Positions 21,842 through 32,373 are shown, counted from the stretch's first letter. The stretch: 64,000 nt of DNA from an uncultured cyanobacterium (GCA_963749915.1 CAVVOP010000022.1:1-64000), one strand, 5' to 3'. Made by a program: numbers and translations. The notes: generated by a model from the letters alone, not told the origin.

Positions 21842-22345
21842 AGATAAAATCTGTTGTTATATTCAATCACAAATCGATTTACTATGAATCAAATAAATCA
21901 GTCTCATATTTTTGAGAACTACCTAAATGAAGAACAGTATGACAAAGCAGCGGAATATTATCAATCATTGCTCGAAGAAAAGCCTGAAAGCACAAAATAC
22001 TATTGGTATTTAGGTTTGGCTTATTTATTGCAGGACAAAGAAGAAGAAGCCCAATTAACATGGTTTATGGCTTTGAATCAACAGCAAACTGAAGAAGAAA
22101 TTGATAGTGCAACTCAAGAATTAATAAACATTTTAGATCAAGAAGCAAAAAGGCAAGAAGCTAAAGGAAATTATCAACTTGCTTGGTTAATTAGAGGACA
22201 TATTCAACAGTTGCACCCCGATAATTTGACTAATATAATGGGCTTAATTTGGTTAGATGCCACTCTACAATACCCAACTATCAGTAAATTTAAAGATTGG
22301 AACGTAATTGAACTTTTATCGGCAAAAAATATACCAAGAGTATCA
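21721..22345 (+). repeat. Junction repeat A (3' end of GT41 gene + 42-bp spacer + 5' end of next gene)
   Basis: Near-identical to 26960-27584 and, over its first ~440 bp, to 29180-29618. Confidence 0.9.
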
Positions 22346-24082
22346 GAGGAATTAATTATCAGAACAATAGATAAAACTTTATCTATTGTTAGTGAGGAAA
22401 GTGTCGATTTCGCCCGTGCTTGTTTAGAACATTCATCTAATTCACCGAAAATAATTGAGGCGATCTCAAGAGTAGCAAAAAAACTCAATTTTGTGGATCA
22501 ATTAATTCTCTACCCCGCCGATTTAATTAACCTTTGTCGAGAAAAAAACCCTGAAGATTTAGCTTTAATTAGATCGCTTTTTGTTTTCTATGCAGATAAT
22601 CTCGAATATTACGAACAAGCTCTGGAAATTGCCACGGAATTGCTGACTAAAAGTCAGACTCTCCCCGCTCGTATTTTTGGTATTCGCCAACTATTGTATC
22701 TTTATCTAAGAAATTTTAATTGGCATGATGGTCTAATGATTGCACAAGAGTATATAGAAGGACTAATTGAATTTGCAGATCAAGGGGCTTTCCGTATGGA
22801 AGGTTTTATTGCCAATATTTTGCCTATTTTGCCACATTATTTACTTTTGTTACAGGACCAACCATCTCTGAATCGTCATATTTTCAATCGATTTAATAGT
22901 CATTTTGAAAATATAACCATAAATTTTGGTGCTATTGGTTTTCAATATCAGTCTTATTCAAATATTTTAAGTCAGAATAGACCTCTCAGAATTGGGTATA
23001 TAGGTCATACATTTAGAGCTCATTCCGTGGGTTGGTTATGTCGTTGGTTGATTTCCTATCATGATTCCAGTAATTTTGATGTGTTTATATACTCAATGAC
23101 AGATTCCATAGATAAAATTACCCAAGAGTGGTTTATCAAAAATACAAAGAACTTTTATTCTTATTCCGATGATATATTTTATGAAAATATTGTTCAACAA
23201 ATTCGAGATGATGTTCTTGATATTCTGATAGATGTAGATAGTATAACTTTGAATTCAACCTGCGAAGTAATGGTACATAAACCAGCTCCAATCCAAGTTA
23301 CTTGGTTAGGTTTTGATGCTAGTGGTATTCCTGCTATAGACTATTTTATAGCTGATCCTTATGTGTTACCAGATGAGGCTCAAGACTATTACTCAGAAAA
23401 AATTTGGCGACTTCCTCACACTTATTTGGGTATTGATGGTTTTGAAGTGGGTGTTCCAACCCTTAAACGAGAAGACTTGAATATAGGGAATGATAGCATT
23501 ATTTTTATGAATATTCAAGGTCCTCTCAAACTTCATCCTGATACTCTTCGCTTACAATTGCGTATTCTGAAAAATGTACCAAACAGTTATTTACTGGTTA
23601 AGGGAAAAGACGATCAACGTTTTCTCCAAAAACTTTATGCTCAGTTAGCGACAGAAGAAGGGGTTAATTGCGATCGCCTTCGTTTCTTAGGGAGGACACC
23701 TACTGAAGTAGAACACAGAGCAAATCTGAGAATTGCCGATGTAATATTAGATACTTACCCTTACAATGGGGCAACTACAACCCTCGAAACTTTATGGATG
23801 GAAATACCTTTAGTTACGAGAGTTGGTGAACAATTTGCAGCACGGAATAGTTATACTTTTATGATTAATGCAGGTATTACTGAGGGTATTGCATGGAGTG
23901 ATACAGAATATATTGAATGGGGTATTAAACTCGGTACGGATGAGAATTTAAGAAAAGAAGTTAGTTGGAAGTTAAGACAATCGAAAAAAACTTCACCTCT
24001 TTGGAATGGAAAACAATTTACCAGGGAAATGGAAAAGACTTATCAACAAATGTGGGAGATTTATGTTAAGGAGAATCAGTAA
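21884..24082 (+). CDS. SPINDLY/OGT-like GT41 glycosyltransferase, copy 2
   Basis: Same motifs (HSVGW, PIQVTWLG, LKLHP, DTYPYNGATT); ATG at 21884. Confidence 0.92.
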   Translation: MNQINQSHIFENYLNEEQYDKAAEYYQSLLEEKPESTKYYWYLGLAYLLQDKEEEAQLTWFMALNQQQTEEEIDSATQELINILDQEAKRQEAKGNYQLAWLIRGHIQQLHPDNLTNIMGLIWLDATLQYPTISKFKDWNVIELLSAKNIPRVSEELIIRTIDKTLSIVSEESVDFARACLEHSSNSPKIIEAISRVAKKLNFVDQLILYPADLINLCREKNPEDLALIRSLFVFYADNLEYYEQALEIATELLTKSQTLPARIFGIRQLLYLYLRNFNWHDGLMIAQEYIEGLIEFADQGAFRMEGFIANILPILPHYLLLLQDQPSLNRHIFNRFNSHFENITINFGAIGFQYQSYSNILSQNRPLRIGYIGHTFRAHSVGWLCRWLISYHDSSNFDVFIYSMTDSIDKITQEWFIKNTKNFYSYSDDIFYENIVQQIRDDVLDILIDVDSITLNSTCEVMVHKPAPIQVTWLGFDASGIPAIDYFIADPYVLPDEAQDYYSEKIWRLPHTYLGIDGFEVGVPTLKREDLNIGNDSIIFMNIQGPLKLHPDTLRLQLRILKNVPNSYLLVKGKDDQRFLQKLYAQLATEEGVNCDRLRFLGRTPTEVEHRANLRIADVILDTYPYNGATTTLETLWMEIPLVTRVGEQFAARNSYTFMINAGITEGIAWSDTEYIEWGIKLGTDENLRKEVSWKLRQSKKTSPLWNGKQFTREMEKTYQQMWEIYVKENQ

Positions 24083-25813
24083 ATGTTAAATTGGCATCCA
24101 GAAGTAAAGGAATTAAGAGAATTTACTATTACTTCTTAAATCAGCATTAATAACTAATCTATTTGAACCCATTTTTCTACATCAATGGGATATTTTAGAG
24201 CTATTAAAAACAGAGAAATACCCAGTAATTGAAATTAAATTATTATTAGATATTCTTGGGCAAATTTTATTAATAAAAGAGAGAGAAACTATTGAATTTG
24301 CTAGAGCTTGTTTAATTTATAGTAATTGCGATCCAGATATTTTGACTAAAATATACGATACAGGAAAGAGAATAGGTTTTCAAGATCGTTATGCTAATTA
24401 TGGAATAGAACTTTTACTTCTATGCCAAGAATTTGATCAGCAGAAATTATCTATTTATCTATATTTGCATGAACTTTATCTCTTACAAGAAAATTATACT
24501 AAAGCTGTAGAAATAGTCCATATTTTTGAGAAAAAAGCTGAATCTTTTGAAGATAAATTATTAGCTACTTGTTATTTACTTAATACCTATCCCAAGTTAG
24601 CTAATTGGAATCAAGTTAATAAAACTGTCTATGATTTAACTAACTATTGTGAAAAAATTGTTGCTGAACAATATACTTTTAATTCATTAAATAACAGAAA
24701 TTATTTTTATCAAACTTTAATCAATTTTTTGTACTTGAAAGATGATTTAATTTTTCATCGTCATCTATTTCAAGAAATCTCTTTGTTATTGGATAAATCG
24801 GTAACAAAAACTCAAAAAATTAATCTAACTTACAGTCAGACAAAAAAGAACAAAATTTTAAGAATTGGTTATATTGGAACTACTTTTAGAACTCATTCGG
24901 TGGGATTTCTCTGTCGCTGGTTAATTCATCATCATAATCCAGATTTGTATGAAGTTAATATTTATTCAGTAATAACTAATGAAGATGAAATCACAAATCA
25001 ATGGTTTAAACCACCAAAAGTTAAACAATTTTATGACAGCAAGGGAGATTTAGATCAATTAGCAAGTAAAATTATGGCCGATGAAATAGACATCTTGGTA
25101 GATCTTGATTCATTAACGTCAGCTTTAACTGCTTCTGTTTTACTACAAAAACCCGCCCCGATTCAAATAACTTGGCTAGGATTAGATGCTTCTGGTTTAT
25201 CGACTATCGATTATTATGTAGCAGATCCTTATGTTCTAACAAGTGATGCGGAGAAATACTATAGAGAAAAAATTTGGCGTTTACCTCATACTTATCTTGG
25301 TATTGATGGTTTTGAAATTGGTATTCCTAGTTTGAGAAGAGAAGATTTGGGAATTGATCCCAATAGTATCATTTTCATGAATTTACAACATTCCAAGAAA
25401 CTTAATCCCGATCTTATGCGATCGCAAATAAAAATTGTTAAAGCTATACCGAATAGTTATTTAATGATCAAAAAAACTTATGATCATAAAGCATTATCTA
25501 ATTTTATTTTTGAGATTGCTAAATCGGAAAGTCTTTCCAGAGAAAAAATCGTTTTTATTCCTTCCGAAACACTTAATATAACTCATCGTGCTAACATACA
25601 AATAGCAGATGTAGTTCTAGATACTTACCCTTATAATGGTGCAACTACCACCCTCGAAACTTTATGGATGGAAATTCCCTTAGTTACCAGAGTTGGTGAA
25701 CAATTTGCAGCACGGAATAGTTATACTTTTATGATTAATGCAGGTATTACTGAGGGTATTGCATGGAGTGATACAGAATATATTGAATGGGGTATTAAAC
25801 TCGGTACGGATGA

Positions 25814-26941
25814 CAGTTTAATTTACCTCAATATTTAACTCTTTGTATTTTAGTTAACTTACTTCAAAATCTTAAAACTGTCAGGTTAGAAGAAATGGCA
25901 AAACGTTTTCCTTATCCGATTAAATTAAGAAGTAGAATTAAAAAGTTACAACGATTTCTGAGTCTGGAAAATTGGAAAATTGAAACTATATGGTTTCCGA
26001 TTTTAAAATCAGGGATTATTAATCAATGGGAATCAAAAAAAGTGATTTATTTAGTCATAGATAGAACACAGTGGCAAAATATTAATATATTGATGGTAAG
26101 TTTAGTTTATAATCAACGAGCTATTCCTATATATTTTACATTACTAGATAAAAAAGGAAGCAGTAATTTATCGGAACAAAAACAAGTATTAGAACCAAGT
26201 ATCAATTTATTAATTGAATATAAAATAATCGTTTTAGGAGATAGGGAGTTTTGCTCTGTGGATTTAGCAAAGTGGTTATCAGTAGAGAAACAGGTTTATT
26301 TATCTCTACGTTTAAAAAAGAGTGAATATGTGGAGTTAGAAACTGATATATGGTTTCAATTAAGTGAATTAGGTTTATGTCCAGGATTCTCGGTATATTA
26401 TCAAGGAATAAAAGTAACAAAAACCAAGGGATTTTCAGGAATTAATTTAGCCGCAAAGTGGAAAAGAAATTATGGTCATAAATCTAGCAAAGAACCATGG
26501 TTTATTTTAACTAATTTAGAAAATATGTCGGAAACAATCTCCGCTTATTCCAAAAGAATGGGGATTGAAGAAATGTTTAGAGATTTGAAATTAGGCGGAT
26601 ATAATTTAGAGAGTACAAAGATGGAAAATGAACGACTAATTTCTTTAATTATACTAATAACATTAGCCTATAGCTATTCAACATTTATAGGGGAAGAAAT
26701 TAAAAGAAAAGGAATAAGTGAATATTTAGTTCGTCCGACAGAAAAAGGAAGAAGATATAAAAGAAATAGTGATTTTTCTATTGGTTTAAATGCCATAAAA
26801 TGGCTAAGTGAAATCTGCTTTTTCCAAGAACAATTGGAAGAATTAACCTCTTTATTTCCTCAGAAACACTCTTATTATCGTCAAGGTATGAGAGCTATTT
26901 CCCTTATCCAATCTGCGTTATGAATGCGTTGTCGCCCCCAG
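25814..26941 (+). mobile_element. IS4-family element, left end missing
   Basis: Interrupts gatga|gaattta, which is intact in copies 2, 4 and 5; right end ttgtcgcccccag; the left boundary is already transposase-coding sequence. Confidence 0.88.
25895..26923 (+). CDS. IS4-family DDE transposase (N-terminally truncated)
   Basis: VIDRTQW (D), LGDREF (D), YSKRMGIEEMFRDLK (YREK signature); frame is open 27 codons upstream to the insertion boundary. Confidence 0.9.
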   Translation: MAKRFPYPIKLRSRIKKLQRFLSLENWKIETIWFPILKSGIINQWESKKVIYLVIDRTQWQNINILMVSLVYNQRAIPIYFTLLDKKGSSNLSEQKQVLEPSINLLIEYKIIVLGDREFCSVDLAKWLSVEKQVYLSLRLKKSEYVELETDIWFQLSELGLCPGFSVYYQGIKVTKTKGFSGINLAAKWKRNYGHKSSKEPWFILTNLENMSETISAYSKRMGIEEMFRDLKLGGYNLESTKMENERLISLIILITLAYSYSTFIGEEIKRKGISEYLVRPTEKGRRYKRNSDFSIGLNAIKWLSEICFFQEQLEELTSLFPQKHSYYRQGMRAISLIQSAL

Positions 26942-26959
26942 GAATTTAAGAAAAGAAGT

Positions 26960-27584
26960 TAGTTGGAAGTTAAGACAATCGAAAAAAACTTCACCTCTTT
27001 GGAATGGAAAACAATTTACCAGGGAAATGGAAAAGACTTATCAACAAATGTGGGAGATTTATCTCCAGAACAAAAACTAGAGATAAAATCTGTTGTTATA
27101 TTCAATCACAAATCGATTTACTATGAATCAAATAAATCAGTCTCATATTTTTGAGAACTACCTAAATGAAGAACAGTATGACAAAGCAGCGGAATATTAT
27201 CAATCATTGCTCGAAGAAGAGCCTGAAAGCATAAAATACTATTGGTATTTAGGTTTGGCTTATTTATTGCAAGACAAAGAAGAAGAAGCCCAATTAACAT
27301 GGTTTATGGCTTTGAATCAACAGCAAACTGAAGAAGAAATTGATAGTGCAACTCAAGAATTAATAAACATTTTAGATCAAGAAGCAAAAAGGCAAGAAGC
27401 TAAAGGAAATTATCAACCTGCTTGGTTAATTAGAGGACATATTCAACAGTTGCACCCCGATAATTTGACTAATATAATGGGCTTAATTTGGTTAGATGCC
27501 ACTCTACAATACCCAACTATCAGTAAATTTAAAGATTGGAACGTAATTGAACTTTTATCGGCAAAAAATATACCAAGAGTATCA
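26960..27584 (+). repeat. Junction repeat B
   Basis: Near-identical to 21721-22345. Confidence 0.9.
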
Positions 27585-29300
27585 AAGGAATTAATCATTA
27601 AAACATTAGATAAAGTTTTATCTAATGTTAGTGAGGAAAGTGTCGATTTCGCCCGTGCTTGTTTAACTCATTCTCAGAATCAAGAATCCATCATCGAAAC
27701 AATTTTAGCAATAGCAAAAAAAATAGTTGATAAAAAAGTTTATATTTCATTTGCTGAAAATTTAGTAAATGTGTGTCGTGAACAAAATCCTGAAGATATA
27801 TCATTAATTAAAACTCTTTTTTGGTTTTATGCCAATACCGAACATTATGAGAAGGCCTTAGAGTTTGCATTGGATTTTTTAGACAAAAGCAAATCATTAT
27901 CTACAAAGATATTTGGTACTAATCAATTACTATACCTGTATTTAAAACATTGTAATTGGCAAAATGCTTTATCTTTATATAAAAGTTATTTGGGAGATTT
28001 AAACGATTTAACTGAAAATGACCATATTGAAAAGTTTATTATAGCTACCTTACCAGTTCAGATTAACCCGTTACTTTATATTCAAGACAAACCTCAGATA
28101 AATCGTTATCTGTTAAATAAGATAAGTCATCGGTTTTACCAAATCATATCACAGTCAACTATTGCTAGTAATTCCTATCCTCATTTATTAGACAAGAAAA
28201 GGCCAATGCGCATAGGCTACATTGGTCATACATTTAATTGCCACTCTGTGGGTTGGTTGTGCCGTTGGTTGCTACACTATCATAATACTGATAAGTTTCA
28301 ATGTTATCTTTATTCCATGACAAAACGGATGGATAACCTAACAAATGAATGGTTTATTAAAAAGGCTGTAAAATTTTATTCCTATGATGTAACTCTTACA
28401 CTAGATGCCATTCAACAAATTAAAGATGACGAAATTGACATTCTAGTTGACCTTGACAGTATAACTTTAAATACGACTTGTCAAATTATGGCGTTAAAAC
28501 CAGCTCCAATCCAAGTTACTTGGTTAGGTTTTGATGCTAGTGGTATTCCTGCTATAGACCATTTTATAGCTGATCCTTATGTCTTACCAGAAAATGCTCA
28601 AGACTATTACTCAGAAAAAATCTGGCGTTTACCTCACACTTATGTAGGTATTGATGGTTTTGAAGTGGGTGTTCCAACCCTTAAACGAGAAGACTTGAAT
28701 ATAGGGAATGATAGCATTATTTTTATGAATATTCAAGGTCCTCTCAAACTTCATCCTGATACTCTTCGCTTACAATTGCGTATTCTGAAAAATGTACCAA
28801 ACAGTTATTTACTGGTTAAGGGAAAAGACGATCAACGTTTTCTCCAAAAACTTTATGCTCAGTTAGCGACAGAAGAAGGGGTTAATTGCGATCGCCTTCG
28901 TTTCTTAGGGAGAACACCCACTGAAGTAGAACACAGAGCAAATCTGAGAATTGCCGATGTAATATTAGATACTTACCCTTACAATGGGGCAACTACCACC
29001 CTCGAAACCTTATGGATGGAAATTCCCTTAGTTACGAGAGTTGGTGAACAATTTGCAGCACGGAATAGTTATACTTTTATGATTAATGCAGGTATTACTG
29101 AGGGTATTGCATGGAGTGATACAGAATATATTGAATGGGGTATTAAACTCGGTACGGATGAGAATTTAAGAAAAGAAGTTAGTTGGAAGTTAAGACAATC
29201 GAAAAAAACTTCACCTCTTTGGAATGGAAAACAATTTACCAGGGAAATGGAAAAGACTTATCAACAAATGTGGGAGATTTATCTCCAGAACAAAAACTAG
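27123..29300 (+). CDS. SPINDLY/OGT-like GT41 glycosyltransferase, copy 4
   Basis: Same motifs; N- and C-terminal blocks shared with copy 2. Confidence 0.92.
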   Translation: MNQINQSHIFENYLNEEQYDKAAEYYQSLLEEEPESIKYYWYLGLAYLLQDKEEEAQLTWFMALNQQQTEEEIDSATQELINILDQEAKRQEAKGNYQPAWLIRGHIQQLHPDNLTNIMGLIWLDATLQYPTISKFKDWNVIELLSAKNIPRVSKELIIKTLDKVLSNVSEESVDFARACLTHSQNQESIIETILAIAKKIVDKKVYISFAENLVNVCREQNPEDISLIKTLFWFYANTEHYEKALEFALDFLDKSKSLSTKIFGTNQLLYLYLKHCNWQNALSLYKSYLGDLNDLTENDHIEKFIIATLPVQINPLLYIQDKPQINRYLLNKISHRFYQIISQSTIASNSYPHLLDKKRPMRIGYIGHTFNCHSVGWLCRWLLHYHNTDKFQCYLYSMTKRMDNLTNEWFIKKAVKFYSYDVTLTLDAIQQIKDDEIDILVDLDSITLNTTCQIMALKPAPIQVTWLGFDASGIPAIDHFIADPYVLPENAQDYYSEKIWRLPHTYVGIDGFEVGVPTLKREDLNIGNDSIIFMNIQGPLKLHPDTLRLQLRILKNVPNSYLLVKGKDDQRFLQKLYAQLATEEGVNCDRLRFLGRTPTEVEHRANLRIADVILDTYPYNGATTTLETLWMEIPLVTRVGEQFAARNSYTFMINAGITEGIAWSDTEYIEWGIKLGTDENLRKEVSWKLRQSKKTSPLWNGKQFTREMEKTYQQMWEIYLQNKN

Positions 29301-29618
29301 AGATAAAATCTGTTGTTATATTCAATCACAAATCGATTTACTATGAATCAAATAAATCAGTCTCATATTTTTGAGAACTACCTAAATGAAGAACAGTATG
29401 ACAAAGCAGCGGAATATTATCAATCATTGCTCGAAGAAGAGCCTGAAAGCATAAAATACTATTGGTATTTAGGTTTGGCTTATTTATTGCAAGACAAAGA
29501 AGAAGAAGCCCAATTAACATGGTTTATGGCTTTGAATCAACAGCAAACTCAAGAAGAAATTGATAGTGCAACTCAAGAATTAATAAACATTTTAGATCAA
29601 GAAGCAAAAAGGCAAGAA
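29180..29618 (+). repeat. Junction repeat C
   Basis: Near-identical to the first ~440 bp of repeats A and B; diverges after gaagcaaaaaggcaagaa. Confidence 0.9.
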
Positions 29619-31529
29619 AAATTAGGAAATCAAAGTTTAACTTACACTATTAGAGAACAAATTAGAGAGACTTATCCTCAAAATATTAATAACTTACTGA
29701 AGTTAGTCTTACTTAAAATAAGTTTAAATCTATTTCAAATTGAGGATATTAAACAATGGAATATAGCAAATTTATTGGTAGAAAATAAAGAAGATAAAAT
29801 AGATAAAGAACTATTGTTATTAGTAGTAGAAATACTCTTAAACTTGCCCTCAGATGAAATTATAGATTTAGCAGAAGCTGTTTATAATTATGTTGAAGAA
29901 GATGATAGCATAACGGATTTATTTTTATCAAAAGCAACAAAACTGGCACAAGAAAAAGGATATTATGGTTATGCCGCTGGGTTATGCGAAATTTGCCTTA
30001 AAAAGAAATCCAATAATTTAAAAATTTTAAACCAAGTAATTTCTTACTATTCAGCAGCTAGTCAATATAACCAAGTACGATTTTTAGCCCAAAGGTTTTA
30101 CGAATGTAGCAATACCATCGATGAAAAAGCACTTGCTTTACGTCTATTAATTTCTAACACCATAACAGTTGGCGATTGGCAAGAAGCTGTTAAAATAGTT
30201 GCTAAATATAAAGCCATATTACAGGAGTTAGTTAAGGAACAACCCGAGATAAAAGATGCTTATATTCGTAACTGTTTGAGTATGGTGACTCAACCTTTAC
30301 TTTATTTTGATGATCAACCTCAAGAAAAAAGATTAATTATTAACGGCGTTGCTCAATTATTTCAAAAATTAATCCGTAACTACTATAGTTGTCCTGTTCA
30401 TCTTACATCTCCAGAGAAAATAAAGATTGCTCGAAAACTAAAAATTGGTTATATTGGACACACATTGCGATCGCACTCTGTCGGATTTCTTAGTCGATGG
30501 TTGATCCGTCACCATGATCGAGAAAAATTTGCTATTTATACTTATTTTGTTTGTCATCAAATAGAAGATGAAATAACCCAAGAGTTTTTTAGAAAAGACG
30601 TCGATCAAGCCCATAATTCCACTAATGTAGTTAATGATTTAATTACCCAAATAGAAAAAGACCAGATTGACATATTAGTAGATTTGGATAGTTTTACCGA
30701 GAATATGACTTCTATAATCATGGCATTAAAACCAGCCCCCATACAGGTAGCTTGGTTAGGAATGGATACTAACGGTATTCCAGCCATTGATTATTTTATT
30801 GCCGATCCTTATGTCTTACCTGATGAAGCCCAAGACTATTATCAAGAAAAAATTTGGCGCTTACCCTATAGTTATTTAGGTGTTGATGGTTTTGAGGTAG
30901 ATGTACCAAACATATCGAGAGGTGATTTAGATATTCCATCAGATGCAATTATTTATCTCAATATTCAAAACTCCGTAAAACGTCATCCTGACATTATTCA
31001 TAGCCAAATGAAAATTATTAATGCAGTACCCCATAGTTATTTAGTAATTAAAGGCAGTGGAGATCAAGAAATACTAAAACAATTATTCGTCACCATCGCA
31101 GAACAAGAAGGAGTTGATAAAAACAGATTAAGATTTTTACCGCAAACTTTAACAGAGAAAATTCATCGAGCAAATCTGAGGATTGCCGATGTAATGTTAG
31201 ATACTTATCCCTATAATGGGGCAACTACAACCTTAGAAACTTTATGGATGGAAACACCCTTAGTTACCAGAGTTGGGGAACAATTTGCAGCACGGAATAG
31301 TTATACTTTTATGATTAATGCAGGTATTACTGAGGGTATTGCATGGAGTGATGAAGAATATATTGAATGGGGTATTAAACTCGGTACGGATGAGAATTTA
31401 AGAAAAGAAGTTAGTTGGAAGTTAAAACAATCGAAGAAAACTTCACCTCTTTGGAATGGAAAAAAATTTACCAGAGAGATGGAAAAAGCGTATCAACAAA
31501 TGTGGGAGATTTATGTTAATGATCATTAA
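29343..31529 (+). CDS. SPINDLY/OGT-like GT41 glycosyltransferase, copy 5
   Basis: HSVGF, PIQVAWLG, VKRHP, DTYPYNGATT; first ~92 aa shared with copies 2 and 4. Confidence 0.92.
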   Translation: MNQINQSHIFENYLNEEQYDKAAEYYQSLLEEEPESIKYYWYLGLAYLLQDKEEEAQLTWFMALNQQQTQEEIDSATQELINILDQEAKRQEKLGNQSLTYTIREQIRETYPQNINNLLKLVLLKISLNLFQIEDIKQWNIANLLVENKEDKIDKELLLLVVEILLNLPSDEIIDLAEAVYNYVEEDDSITDLFLSKATKLAQEKGYYGYAAGLCEICLKKKSNNLKILNQVISYYSAASQYNQVRFLAQRFYECSNTIDEKALALRLLISNTITVGDWQEAVKIVAKYKAILQELVKEQPEIKDAYIRNCLSMVTQPLLYFDDQPQEKRLIINGVAQLFQKLIRNYYSCPVHLTSPEKIKIARKLKIGYIGHTLRSHSVGFLSRWLIRHHDREKFAIYTYFVCHQIEDEITQEFFRKDVDQAHNSTNVVNDLITQIEKDQIDILVDLDSFTENMTSIIMALKPAPIQVAWLGMDTNGIPAIDYFIADPYVLPDEAQDYYQEKIWRLPYSYLGVDGFEVDVPNISRGDLDIPSDAIIYLNIQNSVKRHPDIIHSQMKIINAVPHSYLVIKGSGDQEILKQLFVTIAEQEGVDKNRLRFLPQTLTEKIHRANLRIADVMLDTYPYNGATTTLETLWMETPLVTRVGEQFAARNSYTFMINAGITEGIAWSDEEYIEWGIKLGTDENLRKEVSWKLKQSKKTSPLWNGKKFTREMEKAYQQMWEIYVNDH

Positions 31530-31577
31530 TACAACGAATGCTAATGTAATTGAATTATTGTCATAAAGACATAATTT

Positions 31578-32201
31578 TTAATTCCCTATTTCCAGTTTTC
31601 CCAAGATAATCAAACTTTCTAAATCTTCCGCCGCAGTTGGTAAATAAGTTTTAATAACTTGTCTGACTATACTTAATTCTGTTTCCTCTGCCAATGCCAA
31701 CATTCTACTTATATCTGCTAGATCCTGGGTTCGACTAGCAGACAACTTCATTAGTATAAGATAAGGTAAAGGAATAATCGGTAAACCATCTGGGGCATAA
31801 TTAGGATTACAAAGGGCATCTTTAACCCAATCATCTTCCCCTTCTAAAACATCTAAAGATGTGTTGTCCAACAATTGCCATTGAGTACCAGGAATACTCA
31901 AATTGCCTATTTTTTTGGCGTTGGCATTTTTTAAGTCTTGATAAATAAGCTCAGAATCTTCTGATTTAATGAGAATATCAAGATCTAAGGTCATTCTTTC
32001 CGGCATATACATTCTTGTTGCAATCCCACCAACAACCACAAAAGGAGCTTGTTTTAAGATTAAGTTTAGATTACTCACTGGATAAGTCCAACTACGTTGA
32101 TGTAAAAATTCTAAACTGCTACCACTACCAGATTTTATTCGTTTTTCAACCAGACCGAGAAAAAATCTTCTTTTTTGTGCCGATAAATCTTGAACTAACA
32201 T
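31578..32201 (-). CDS. Putative Pol-beta-fold nucleotidyltransferase
   Basis: FVVVGGIA...RMTLDLDILI (hGG..DxD) and LILMKL.ASRTQDLAD helical tail. Confidence 0.7.
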   Translation of the reverse strand: MLVQDLSAQKRRFFLGLVEKRIKSGSGSSLEFLHQRSWTYPVSNLNLILKQAPFVVVGGIATRMYMPERMTLDLDILIKSEDSELIYQDLKNANAKKIGNLSIPGTQWQLLDNTSLDVLEGEDDWVKDALCNPNYAPDGLPIIPLPYLILMKLSASRTQDLADISRMLALAEETELSIVRQVIKTYLPTAAEDLESLIILGKLEIGN

Positions 32202-32373
32202 GGGTATAAATTTATTTTATTTCAGTAAATGAAAGGTTGACGTTTTTTGAACTATTCTCCTTATTGATCGCGGATGTTGAAACTTTTTAAAAAAGTTTTG
32301 TTAATAACGAAAACGAAAAAATAACTGAATTATTGTATATTGTAAAATGAATATAAAAAATATATAGTTATTT

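Larger units (their letters stand above)
24083..27080 (+). pseudogene. SPINDLY/OGT-like GT41 copy 3, with an N-terminal frameshifting deletion and an IS4 insertion
   Basis: ATG at 24083 (MLNWHPEVKELR) is out of frame with the body, which is open from 24117 (ENLLLLLK...); IS at 25814-26941; the C-terminal remainder NLRKEVSW...YLQNKN* ends at 27080. Confidence 0.88.

Noticed and set aside
25814..26941. Self-splicing intron or IStron, given the seamless insertion
   Set aside because: The insert is almost entirely DDE transposase coding sequence, with no room for a ribozyme core
21724..29374. Three near-identical 63-aa ORFs (21724, 26963, 29183) as a repeated small gene
   Set aside because: They are alternative-frame shadows across the GT41 junction repeat, with TTG starts, and are explained by DNA duplication
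19667..31529. Diversity-generating retroelement or shufflon explanation for the GT41 mosaic
   Set aside because: No reverse transcriptase or site-specific recombinase in the window; differences are not adenine-restricted; all repeats are direct and long
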